Assembly: GCA_030141605.1 (NCBI GenBank)
Contig: JAQGDQ010002529.1
Coordinates: forward strand, 1 to 8,148
Source of the DNA: Tubiluchus corallicola
Lineage: Eukaryota > Animalia > Priapulida
Direction of reading: 5' to 3'
Length of the DNA: 8,148 nucleotides
In this document: positions 1 through 7,112 of the stretch, piece after piece
Numbering within the stretch: the stretch's first letter is position 1
Layout of the letters: each line of letters begins with the position of its first letter
Position numbers and translations under genes: made by a program
Notes under the pieces: model-generated
Database searches by the model: none
What the model was told of the DNA's origin: nothing
What the model saw: the letters and a program-made list of their open reading frames with translations, nothing else

Positions 1-341
1 AACAATATGGCATATTAAGTGTATTGCTACAAGCTCACTATAAAATAGAGTATCTATTCACTGTAAGCGAACATGCATTTGTGCCACCCCCAAAGGTAAA
101 ATCAGCTGTGATAAGATTGACAAGAGACAATACAAGGGTAGTAGATTATGATGAAAAGTTGTTTTTTACCATAGTAAAAACGAGCTTTAACCAGCGCAGA
201 AAAATGATGAGAAATTCCTTGAAAAACATAGTTAACACAAAAGTTTTACAGAATAGTATTTTTGAAAAACGTCCTGAACAATTAAGCATAGACGAATTCA
301 TTTATATTACTAAATTTGTAAAACAATTAACAACCCTCTAA
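1..341 (+). CDS. rsmA: 16S rRNA (adenine-N6)-dimethyltransferase RsmA/KsgA, 3' part (5' end outside the window)
   Basis: The frame is open from position 3 (QYGILSVLLQAHY...), so the ORF-track start at 24 is internal. KsgA C-terminal motifs FVPPPKVKSAVIRL, FNQRRKMMRNSL and KRPEQLSIDEF are present. rsmA next to mgtE is a familiar Bacteroidota arrangement. Confidence 0.96.
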   Translation, partial: QYGILSVLLQAHYKIEYLFTVSEHAFVPPPKVKSAVIRLTRDNTRVVDYDEKLFFTIVKTSFNQRRKMMRNSLKNIVNTKVLQNSIFEKRPEQLSIDEFIYITKFVKQLTTL

Positions 342-352
342 ACATAGTTGAT

Positions 353-1714
353 ATGCACTTTGAACTAACCAAAGAAAATATTGATAAACTGAGGAAACTT
401 ATCAGCACGCAAGAAGACAAAAGTGTCAAACAAATATTAGAAAGTTTGCACCCCGCAGATATTGCTGATGTGTGCGAAGAGATACCTCCAGAAGAAGCCA
501 AGCATCTATTTACCTTATTAGAAAAAGACAAAGCTGCTAATGTATTAGTAGAATTAGAAGAAGAGGAAAGAGTAGAACTCCTTAAAGTTCTTCCAAGCGA
601 AATTATTGCCAAAGAATACCTTGACAATATAGAATCAGATGATGCTGCTGATATTATTGGCGATATGCCATCAGCTCAAAAAGAAGAAGTGCTTTCGCAG
701 ATAGATGACGTAGAACAAGCAGGCGATATTGTAGATTTATTACGTTATGACGAAGACACCGCAGGTGGCTTAATGGCAAAAGAATTAGTGGTGGTAAACG
801 AAAATTGGACAGTAGCAACCTGCTTAAAAGAAATGGGAAAGCAAGCTGAAGATATCAAAGAAATCTACTATGTATATATAGTAGATAACAACAACATATT
901 AAAAGGGACTCTTTCTCTAAAAAAACTACTGCTAAGTGCCACTAATACAAAACTCTCAAACATATTTAACGAAACATTACATTTGGTTAGCACTGATACC
1001 ACCAAAGAAAAAGTAGCCAAAATAATGGAAAAATATGACCTTATAGCCTTGCCCGTAGTAGATAATATAGGAAGATTAGTAGGACGCATTACTATAGATG
1101 ATGTGGTAGATGTAATAAAAGAACGAGCAGAAAAAGATTATAACTTGGCATCAGGTTTAACAGAAACAGTAGAATCATCTGACAAAATTTGGAGACAAAC
1201 CCGTGTTCGTTTCCCTTGGTTATTAATTGGTCTATTTGGAGGAGTGTTAAACTCTATGGTTATTGCCTCTTACGAAACTGCCATTGTGTTGTCTTCTATG
1301 CTTGTTTTTTTTATTCCACTAAATGGAGCAATGGGAGGAAATGCAGGTGTGCAGTCATCTGCTATCGTAGTGCAAAGTATAGCTAACCACACACTAAAAT
1401 TAGAGCACACATGGCAAAAATTTCTCAAAGAATTTATTATTTCTATGCTTAATGCTACAGTGTTGTCCGCTCTTTTGTTTGCATACAATTATTTTTTCAA
1501 CGACTCGCTGAGCTTGGCTATTATTGTAAGCCTTTCATTAACAGTAGTAATTGTATTTGCCTCGCTATTTGGCACATTTGTACCTATTATGCTCAATAGG
1601 TGGAAGGTAGACCCCGCTCTTGCGACAGGCCCCTTTATTCAAACAGTGAACGACATTGTAGGACTATTTATTTACTTTACTACTGCGAATCAATTAAGTT
1701 ATCTATTTAATTAA
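353..1714 (+). CDS. mgtE: Magnesium transporter MgtE (N-domain, CBS pair, 5-TM domain), 453 aa
   Basis: Motifs LHPADIA, YDEDTAGGLM, CBS pair (KYDLIALPVVD..GRLVGRITIDDVVD), RFPWLLIGL, MGGNAGVQS and DPALATGPF...ND. Full length and uninterrupted. Confidence 0.97.
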   Translation: MHFELTKENIDKLRKLISTQEDKSVKQILESLHPADIADVCEEIPPEEAKHLFTLLEKDKAANVLVELEEEERVELLKVLPSEIIAKEYLDNIESDDAADIIGDMPSAQKEEVLSQIDDVEQAGDIVDLLRYDEDTAGGLMAKELVVVNENWTVATCLKEMGKQAEDIKEIYYVYIVDNNNILKGTLSLKKLLLSATNTKLSNIFNETLHLVSTDTTKEKVAKIMEKYDLIALPVVDNIGRLVGRITIDDVVDVIKERAEKDYNLASGLTETVESSDKIWRQTRVRFPWLLIGLFGGVLNSMVIASYETAIVLSSMLVFFIPLNGAMGGNAGVQSSAIVVQSIANHTLKLEHTWQKFLKEFIISMLNATVLSALLFAYNYFFNDSLSLAIIVSLSLTVVIVFASLFGTFVPIMLNRWKVDPALATGPFIQTVNDIVGLFIYFTTANQLSYLFN

Positions 1715-1745
1715 TCTTCAAAAATAACCTATACTATATATATTT

Positions 1746-2273
1746 TTAGTTATTCATTACCTTTTCTTGCTTGTTGATAGACTCTTGGTGGATAGTTTTA
1801 AAAACAGCCTCTACAAACGTAGCGTCCAACCCTAGTTCTTTGCCGCGTTTTAGTCTATTATTTAATAGCTCTTGCCAGCGTCCTTCTTGCAATATCGTCA
1901 GGTTGTTTTCTTTCTTGTAATGCCCTATCGTTTGTGAAACATTGAATCTATCTGACAAAACTTGTAGTATTTCCTCATCAAACTTGTCAATAATATGTCT
2001 CAATTCATTTAATGTATTTTTCACAGCTTTATTCTTTGTATCAGCCTGTCTTAACACTAGTTTCGATAGTATTTCTTTGAGCTGCACTGGGGTAACTTGT
2101 TGTGATGCATCGCTCAATGCTTTATTTGGATTGTTATGCGATTCTATTATCAGTCCTTCAAAGTTGAGGTCTAATGCCTTTTGAGATATTTCTTCTATAT
2201 ATCTTCTTTCGCCTGCTATATGGCTGGGGTCGCAGATTACTGGTATTTCAGGGTGCAGTCGTTTCAACTCTAT
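1746..2273 (-). pseudogene. 5'-truncated bifunctional DAHP synthase / chorismate mutase type II; the 175 C-terminal codons remain, with the CM domain intact
   Basis: Reads [21 protein letters not shown]...FEGLIIESHNNPNKALSDASQQVTP (DAHP synthase I-beta C-terminal barrel motifs), then LNELRHIIDKFDEEILQVLSDR...IGHYKKENNLTILQEGRW...IHQESI (AroQ-type CM). The first 56 codons of ORF 1746..2441 are only the antisense of sucC, so the N-terminal half of the barrel is missing. Confidence 0.9.
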
Positions 2274-2275
2274 GG
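2271..2275. other. Rearrangement or chimera breakpoint between the aro and sucC fragments
   Basis: In ...CAACTC-TATGG-TCAAT..., homology switches from DAHP synthase (- strand, leftwards) to SucC (+ strand, rightwards) within these bases. Confidence 0.85.
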
Positions 2276-2655
2276 TCAATGGAGCAGGACTGGCAATGGC
2301 TACTATGGATATCATCAAGTTATATGGTGGCAATCCTGCCAACTTTCTTGATGTGGGTGGGGCAGCTAGTGCGGAAACGGTCAAGGCAGGATTAGAAATT
2401 ATCCTTAAAGACCCAAATGTAAAGGTGATACTTATTAACATATTTGGAGGTATTGTACGCTGCGATCGTGTGGCTAAGGGAATAGTGGAGGCCTACAAAG
2501 CTATTGGCACAATAAAAGTTCCTGTTATTGTAAGGTTGCAGGGGACTAATGCTCAAGAGGCGAAAGAAATAATAGATAATTCTGGATTGAAAGTTTGCTC
2601 TGCCATTACTCTTAAAGAAGCTGCTAATCTTGTGAAAAAAGAGGTAAATAAATAA
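2272..2655 (+). pseudogene. sucC: 5'-truncated succinyl-CoA synthetase beta subunit; only the C-terminal CoA-ligase domain remains (127 aa)
   Basis: [30 protein letters not shown] and [13 protein letters not shown]...VRLQGTNA are SucC signatures. The expected upstream LDGN(V/I)GC and the whole ATP-grasp domain are replaced by antisense DAHP synthase sequence. Confidence 0.93.
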
Positions 2656-2699
2656 AGGGAGGAGATATATTAAGAGTTAGTAGTAAGTATTATTTTATC

Positions 2700-2727
2700 A
2701 TTTATGCCTGCAAATGCAGGCATAAAT
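2700..2727 (+). terminator. 13-bp perfect inverted repeat, probable terminator or 3' stabilising hairpin of sucC
   Basis: ATTTATGCCTGCA-AA-TGCAGGCATAAAT lies 44 nt after the sucC stop and is followed by T-rich sequence, but there is no clean U-tract. The repeat is certain; the function is inferred. Confidence 0.55.
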
Positions 2728-2790
2728 TTGTTCCGTGTTGTTTTTCTTTCTAATACATTTTTGTTTCTTTTTTTAAGAGATTTAGTTTAA

Positions 2791-2964
2791 AACAGCATAT
2801 ATTGTGCTATTAAGGGAGTTTCTATTGCCTACGAATTGAAGGCTGAAGATCAGTGGCTGCTTTATAGCGAGTTATTACGAGTAAATAAAGATACAAAAAT
2901 AGAAGCAAAAGTAGTTAGATTGAGCTATAAAACATCAGACATAAAAAGCTATACGACCAAGTAG
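2791..2964 (+). pseudogene. Start-less C-terminal remnant resembling the FN3-associated/chitobiase-like tail of Bacteroidota sulfatases or hydrolases
   Basis: 57 open codons between TAA (2788-2790) and TAG (2962-2964), with no ATG: NSIYCAIKGVSIAYELKAEDQWLLYSELLRVNKDTKIEAKVVRLSYKTSDIKSYTTK*. This resembles the pattern C.TEGASI.Y...W.LY..P.......I.AKA.R.GYK.S as I recall it. Confidence 0.6.
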
Positions 2965-3104
2965 AAGTGCTTAGTTAATTGCAGTAACTATTTCAACATT
3001 TTGCTCCAGTGTATCCGAGGAACTTATTTAGATGCAACACAATCTATAAATAAAAGGGTAAAAGATTTGCTTCTTTTCTTAGGAACAGTTTATTCTATTT
3101 TTAT

Positions 3105-3135
3105 TTTGATATTAAACAGAGAGTTCGTAAATTTG
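3105..3135 (+). promoter_or_regulatory. Bacteroidota primary-sigma promoter (-33/-7) for nusA-infB
   Basis: TTTG (3105-3108), a 19-nt spacer, then TAAATTTG (3128-3135) followed by CA. This matches the consensus TTTG-N19-21-TAnnTTTG. Confidence 0.85.
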
Positions 3136-3160
3136 CAGCCTGTAATTTAAATTTAAAAAC

Positions 3161-3190
3161 GAGAGGGGAGAAAAACTCCCCTTTTTTATT
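3161..3190 (+). promoter_or_regulatory. rimP-leader-like attenuator (intrinsic terminator hairpin in the 5' UTR)
   Basis: AGGGGAG (3164-3170)-AAAAA-CTCCCCT (3176-3182), extendable by G-U/A-U pairs and followed by TTTTTATT. It lies between the promoter and the nusA start. A G-rich terminator leader is known upstream of rimP-nusA-infB operons. Confidence 0.75.
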
Positions 3191-3195
3191 TTAGT

Positions 3196-4467
3196 TTGGC
3201 AAAAAAGAAAGAAGAAACAGGTAAAATGGAAAGTTTAAAGTTTATAGAGTCTTTTTCGGAGATTAAAGAGCTGAAAAATATAGATAAGCAAACAATGACA
3301 AGTCTTTTGGAGGATACGTTTAGAACGGTTCTTATTAGGCAATATGGCACGGACGAAAATTTTGATATAATTATCAATGCGGAAAATGGTGATTTTGAAA
3401 TTTGGAGAAATAGGAAAATTGTGACCAATGCAGATATAAAAGATAAAAATATAGAGATAACTCTTACGGAGGCGAAAAAGCTCGATGGAGACTATGAAGT
3501 GGGAGAAGAAGTAACAGATGAAGTAAAAATAGTAAATTTTGGCAGAAGGGCTATATTATTGTTGAAACAGACACTTGCTTCCAAGATATTAGAGTTGGAA
3601 AAAAATAATATTTATAATAAGTATAAGGAAAGAGTGGGGCAAATTGTTACAGGCGAAGTATATCAGATATGGAAAAAGGAAATGTTGATAATGGACGATG
3701 AAGGCGTGGAATTGATTCTACCCAAGAGGGAGCAAATTCCATCTGATTTTTTTAGAAAAGGAGATACATTGAGAGCGATTATTTATAGTGCAGAAATGAG
3801 AAATGGACAATCGTATATTGTTCTTTCAAGAACAGCACCTGTATTTATTGAGAGATTGTTTGAATTGGAAGTACCTGAGATTTTTGATGGATTGATAACT
3901 ATTAAAAAAGTAGTGAGAATACCAGGTGAACGAGCTAAAATAGCAGTAGAATCTTATGATGACCGCGTAGACCCTGTAGGAGCTTGTGTTGGAGTAAAAG
4001 GCTCTAGGATACAAGGTATTGTAAAAGAATTGAGAAATGAGAATATTGATGTTATCAATTATACTACTAATTTACAGCTATATGTGAGCAGAGCTCTTAG
4101 TCCTGCAAAAATTGTTTCGATGAAGATAAATGAGGAAGAAAAGCATGTAGAGGTATATTTAAAGCCTGACCAGGTGTCATTGGCGATAGGCAAGGGGGGA
4201 CTTAATATAAAATTAGCAAGCCAGCTTGTGGGCTATGAGATAGATGTGTACAGAGAGGGTGTAGAAGATGATGAGGATGTAGATTTGAAAGAATTTTCGG
4301 ATGAGATAGATGAGTGGGTGATAGATGCTTTGAGAAATATAGGATGTGATACTGCTAAGAGTGTTTTGGAGCTTACCCCAGAAGAGTTGGAAAAAAGAAC
4401 TGATTTGGAGGAAGAAACTATAGCAGATGTGATAAAAATATTAAAATCAGAGTTTGAAAAAGAATAA
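3196..4467 (+). CDS. nusA: Transcription termination/antitermination factor NusA, 423 aa
   Basis: N-domain (FGRRAI), S1 domain (GQIVTGEV...LPKREQIP), and KH domains (RIPGERAKIAV, DPVGACVGVKGSRI, SLAIGKGGLNIKLASQL). The TTG start at 3196 gives a Bacteroides-like MAKK.EET N-terminus; an alternative ATG lies at 3226. Confidence 0.98.
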   Translation: MAKKKEETGKMESLKFIESFSEIKELKNIDKQTMTSLLEDTFRTVLIRQYGTDENFDIIINAENGDFEIWRNRKIVTNADIKDKNIEITLTEAKKLDGDYEVGEEVTDEVKIVNFGRRAILLLKQTLASKILELEKNNIYNKYKERVGQIVTGEVYQIWKKEMLIMDDEGVELILPKREQIPSDFFRKGDTLRAIIYSAEMRNGQSYIVLSRTAPVFIERLFELEVPEIFDGLITIKKVVRIPGERAKIAVESYDDRVDPVGACVGVKGSRIQGIVKELRNENIDVINYTTNLQLYVSRALSPAKIVSMKINEEEKHVEVYLKPDQVSLAIGKGGLNIKLASQLVGYEIDVYREGVEDDEDVDLKEFSDEIDEWVIDALRNIGCDTAKSVLELTPEELEKRTDLEEETIADVIKILKSEFEKE

Positions 4468-4518
4468 AAGAACACTGCATCATTTGAAAATAAGTTTCAA
4501 TAGAATTAAATAAAAAGT

Positions 4519-7092
4519 ATGGCAGAAAAGGCAAAAAGGCTTATAAAATTAGCAAAGGAGTTGAATGTAGGAACTGCTACTATTGTTGATTTCCTTAATA
4601 GTAATGGATTTGAAGTAAAGAATAATCCAAATACAAAAATTTCCCCTAAAGCTTTCTCGCTGCTGGAAAAAGAATATAATGTACAACTAGGGGCAAAGAT
4701 GGAAGAGAAAGAAGAAAAGGAATTAAATAAGGTGGAGGATGAAAAGATAACAATAGAAGAAGAAAGTAGCGATAAGTATGTCAAAATAGAAAAAAAACGA
4801 ATAGAAGAAGAAAAGAAACCTCAGCCTATAAGGGCTCAAATAGAAAAGAGGGAGGCTCCAAAAGTGTTCGGAAAACTAGATGAACGAGCTTTAAGTGGAA
4901 AACCAAAGCCTTCTAAAGAAGAAAAAAAACCTATTGTTGAGGAAGAGATTGAAAAAATTTCTCCCTCTAAAGATAAAGAGGTAAAGGAAGTAAAAAAACA
5001 GCCTAATGAGATAATAAAGGCACAGATAGAGAAAAAAAACGCCCCAAAAGTATTTGGAAAGATAGATATAGTAAAGGAAAATACTTTTACGAAAAAGAAA
5101 CGAAAAAGAATAAAAAAGGAAAAGGTGGAGACAAAACAGCCTACACCTGTCAAATCTTCTAAGAAGGTCGTTAAGAAAACAACTTCGTTGGTAAATGAAG
5201 AGGATATACAAAAACAAGTAAAGGATACGCTTGCTAAATTAACATCTAAAACAAAGTCTAAAGGGGTAAAGTACAGAAAGGGAAAAAGAGACACGATACA
5301 GCAAAGACAACAAGAGCAGCTTGAACAGCAGGAACAAAAGAAACATATTCTTGAAATAGCAGAGTTTGTTACGGTGAGCGAGTTAGCTTCTTTGATGGAT
5401 ATACAGGTAAATGAGGTGATTTCGTCATGTATGAGTTTGGGATTAATGGTGGGCATTAACCAACGACTGGATGCGGAGACTATTAGTTTGGTAGCGGAAG
5501 AGTTTGGCTTTGAAGCTAAGTTTGTAACCATTGATGTTGCTAAGGATGTTATTGAGGAAGAGGACAAGCCCGAAGATTTACAGGAGTGCCCGCCTATTGT
5601 TACTGTGATGGGGCACGTGGATCATGGAAAAACTTCTCTTTTGGATTTTGTAAGGAAGGCAAATGTGATAGCTGGTGAGGCGGGAGGTATTACTCAACAT
5701 ATAGGGGCATATAGCGTGAAGTTAGAGGGTGGAAGAAAAATAACGTTTTTGGATACTCCCGGGCACGAGGCTTTTACAGCGATGCGAGCTAGAGGAGCAC
5801 AGGTAACAGATATTGCAATTATTATAGTGGCGGCAGATGATGATGTGATGCCTCAAACGAAGGAGGCTATCAATCATGCTACGGCAGCAGGTGTACCTAT
5901 TATATTTGCTATCAATAAGATAGATAAACCCAATGCAAATCCAGATAAAATAAAAGAGAAGTTGTCGGCAATGGGATATATGGTGGAGGAATGGGGAGGC
6001 AAATACCAATCGCAGGATATAGCAGCGAAAACGGGGCAAAATGTTCCTGAGTTATTGGAGAAAGTTCTTTTGGAGGCAGAGTTGTTGGAGCTGAAAGCAA
6101 ATCCAAACAAGGCTGCTTACGGAACAATTATTGAGTCTACGTTGGATAAGGGACGTGGGTATGTTACTACTTTATTGGTGAAGGCAGGAACATTGAGGAT
6201 AGGCGATATTTTACTTGCGGGAACTTATACGGGGCACGTAAAGGCAATGTATAATGAAAGGGAGCAGCGTATAACAGAGGTGGGACCTTCTGAACCTGCA
6301 GTCGTTTTGGGATTGAATGGAGCTCCGCAGGCGGGCGATAAATTCAATATTATTAAAGAGGAGAGAGAAGCAAGAGGTATTGCGAACAAGAGAGAGCAAT
6401 TACAGAGAGAACAGAGTTTGCGAACAAAAAAACATATTACGCTGGATGAGATTGGTAGGAGGATTTCGCTGGGTGGCTTTCAACAGTTAAATGTCATTGT
6501 AAAGGGTGATATGGATGGCTCTATTGAAGCGTTGGCAGATTCTATTATCAAGTTATCTACTGACGAAATTGAGGTAAATGTAATTCATAAGGCTGTAGGG
6601 CAAATCAAGGAATCAGATGTGATGTTGGCTACGGCATCAGATGCTATTATTGTTGGTTTTCACGTAAGACCGTCTATGTCTGCAAGACAGTTGGCAGAAA
6701 AGGAGCAAGTGGATATTCGTCTTTATTCTATTATTTATGATGCAATTGAAGAAATCAGGTCGGCTATGGAGGGAATGCTGTCGCCTGAGACGAAGGAGGA
6801 AATAGTTGCTACTTTGGAGATTCAGGAAACTTTTAAAATTTCTAAGATTGGAACTATTGCAGGTTGTATAGTGCGAGAGGGTAAGATAAAAAGAACCTCT
6901 AATGTGAGGATCATTAGGGAGGGTATTGTGAAATATACTGGTAAATTGGGGTCGTTAAAAAGATTTAAAGATGATGCTAAGGAAGTGGTTGCGGGATTGG
7001 AATGTGGATTGAATATTGAGAATTATAATGATATTAAGATGGGTGATGTGATTGAAGCGTATGAAACTACAGAAGTAGCAAGAAAGCTGTAA
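4519..7092 (+). CDS. infB: Translation initiation factor IF-2, 857 aa
   Basis: G-domain motifs [34 protein letters not shown] and NKID, plus C-terminal [16 protein letters not shown]. It follows nusA, with an A-rich, SD-less initiation region. Confidence 0.99.
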   Translation: MAEKAKRLIKLAKELNVGTATIVDFLNSNGFEVKNNPNTKISPKAFSLLEKEYNVQLGAKMEEKEEKELNKVEDEKITIEEESSDKYVKIEKKRIEEEKKPQPIRAQIEKREAPKVFGKLDERALSGKPKPSKEEKKPIVEEEIEKISPSKDKEVKEVKKQPNEIIKAQIEKKNAPKVFGKIDIVKENTFTKKKRKRIKKEKVETKQPTPVKSSKKVVKKTTSLVNEEDIQKQVKDTLAKLTSKTKSKGVKYRKGKRDTIQQRQQEQLEQQEQKKHILEIAEFVTVSELASLMDIQVNEVISSCMSLGLMVGINQRLDAETISLVAEEFGFEAKFVTIDVAKDVIEEEDKPEDLQECPPIVTVMGHVDHGKTSLLDFVRKANVIAGEAGGITQHIGAYSVKLEGGRKITFLDTPGHEAFTAMRARGAQVTDIAIIIVAADDDVMPQTKEAINHATAAGVPIIFAINKIDKPNANPDKIKEKLSAMGYMVEEWGGKYQSQDIAAKTGQNVPELLEKVLLEAELLELKANPNKAAYGTIIESTLDKGRGYVTTLLVKAGTLRIGDILLAGTYTGHVKAMYNEREQRITEVGPSEPAVVLGLNGAPQAGDKFNIIKEEREARGIANKREQLQREQSLRTKKHITLDEIGRRISLGGFQQLNVIVKGDMDGSIEALADSIIKLSTDEIEVNVIHKAVGQIKESDVMLATASDAIIVGFHVRPSMSARQLAEKEQVDIRLYSIIYDAIEEIRSAMEGMLSPETKEEIVATLEIQETFKISKIGTIAGCIVREGKIKRTSNVRIIREGIVKYTGKLGSLKRFKDDAKEVVAGLECGLNIENYNDIKMGDVIEAYETTEVARKL
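4828..5067 (+). repeat. Duplicated 18-codon motif in the IF-2 N-terminal region (4828-4881 and 5014-5067)
   Basis: [18 protein letters not shown] vs [18 protein letters not shown]; 14 of 18 residues are identical. Confidence 0.85.
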
Positions 7093-7112
7093 TTTTTACA
7101 GTGCTTAATATA

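Noticed and set aside
310-1488. Alternative ORFs 310..627(-), 868..1089(-), 1189..1386(+), 1270..1488(-)
   Set aside because: Shadow frames of rsmA/mgtE with no recognisable motifs and composition typical of antisense to Glu/Lys-rich coding sequence.
1942-2395. ORFs 1942..2184(+) and 2174..2395(+) as the missing 5' part of sucC via frameshift
   Set aside because: They are the antisense of the DAHP/CM fragment and show no SucC ATP-grasp motifs.
2656-2680. Strong Shine-Dalgarno-like AGGGAGGAGATATAT after sucC
   Set aside because: No ATG/GTG-initiated ORF follows at suitable spacing, and Bacteroidota genes here initiate without SD.
2972-2990. Short inverted repeat TAGTTA-N7-TAACTA after the remnant's stop
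   Set aside because: A 6-bp AT-rich stem is expected by chance in this composition.
2656-3195. Replication origin as the explanation for the skew change
   Set aside because: I found no TTATCCACA-like DnaA box cluster, and the gap is explained by a hairpin, a gene remnant and the nusA promoter.
3186-6399. Minus-strand ORFs within nusA and infB, including the 243-aa 4836..5567
   Set aside because: Ser/Phe-rich mirror translations of K/E-rich sense codons, with no independent coding signal.
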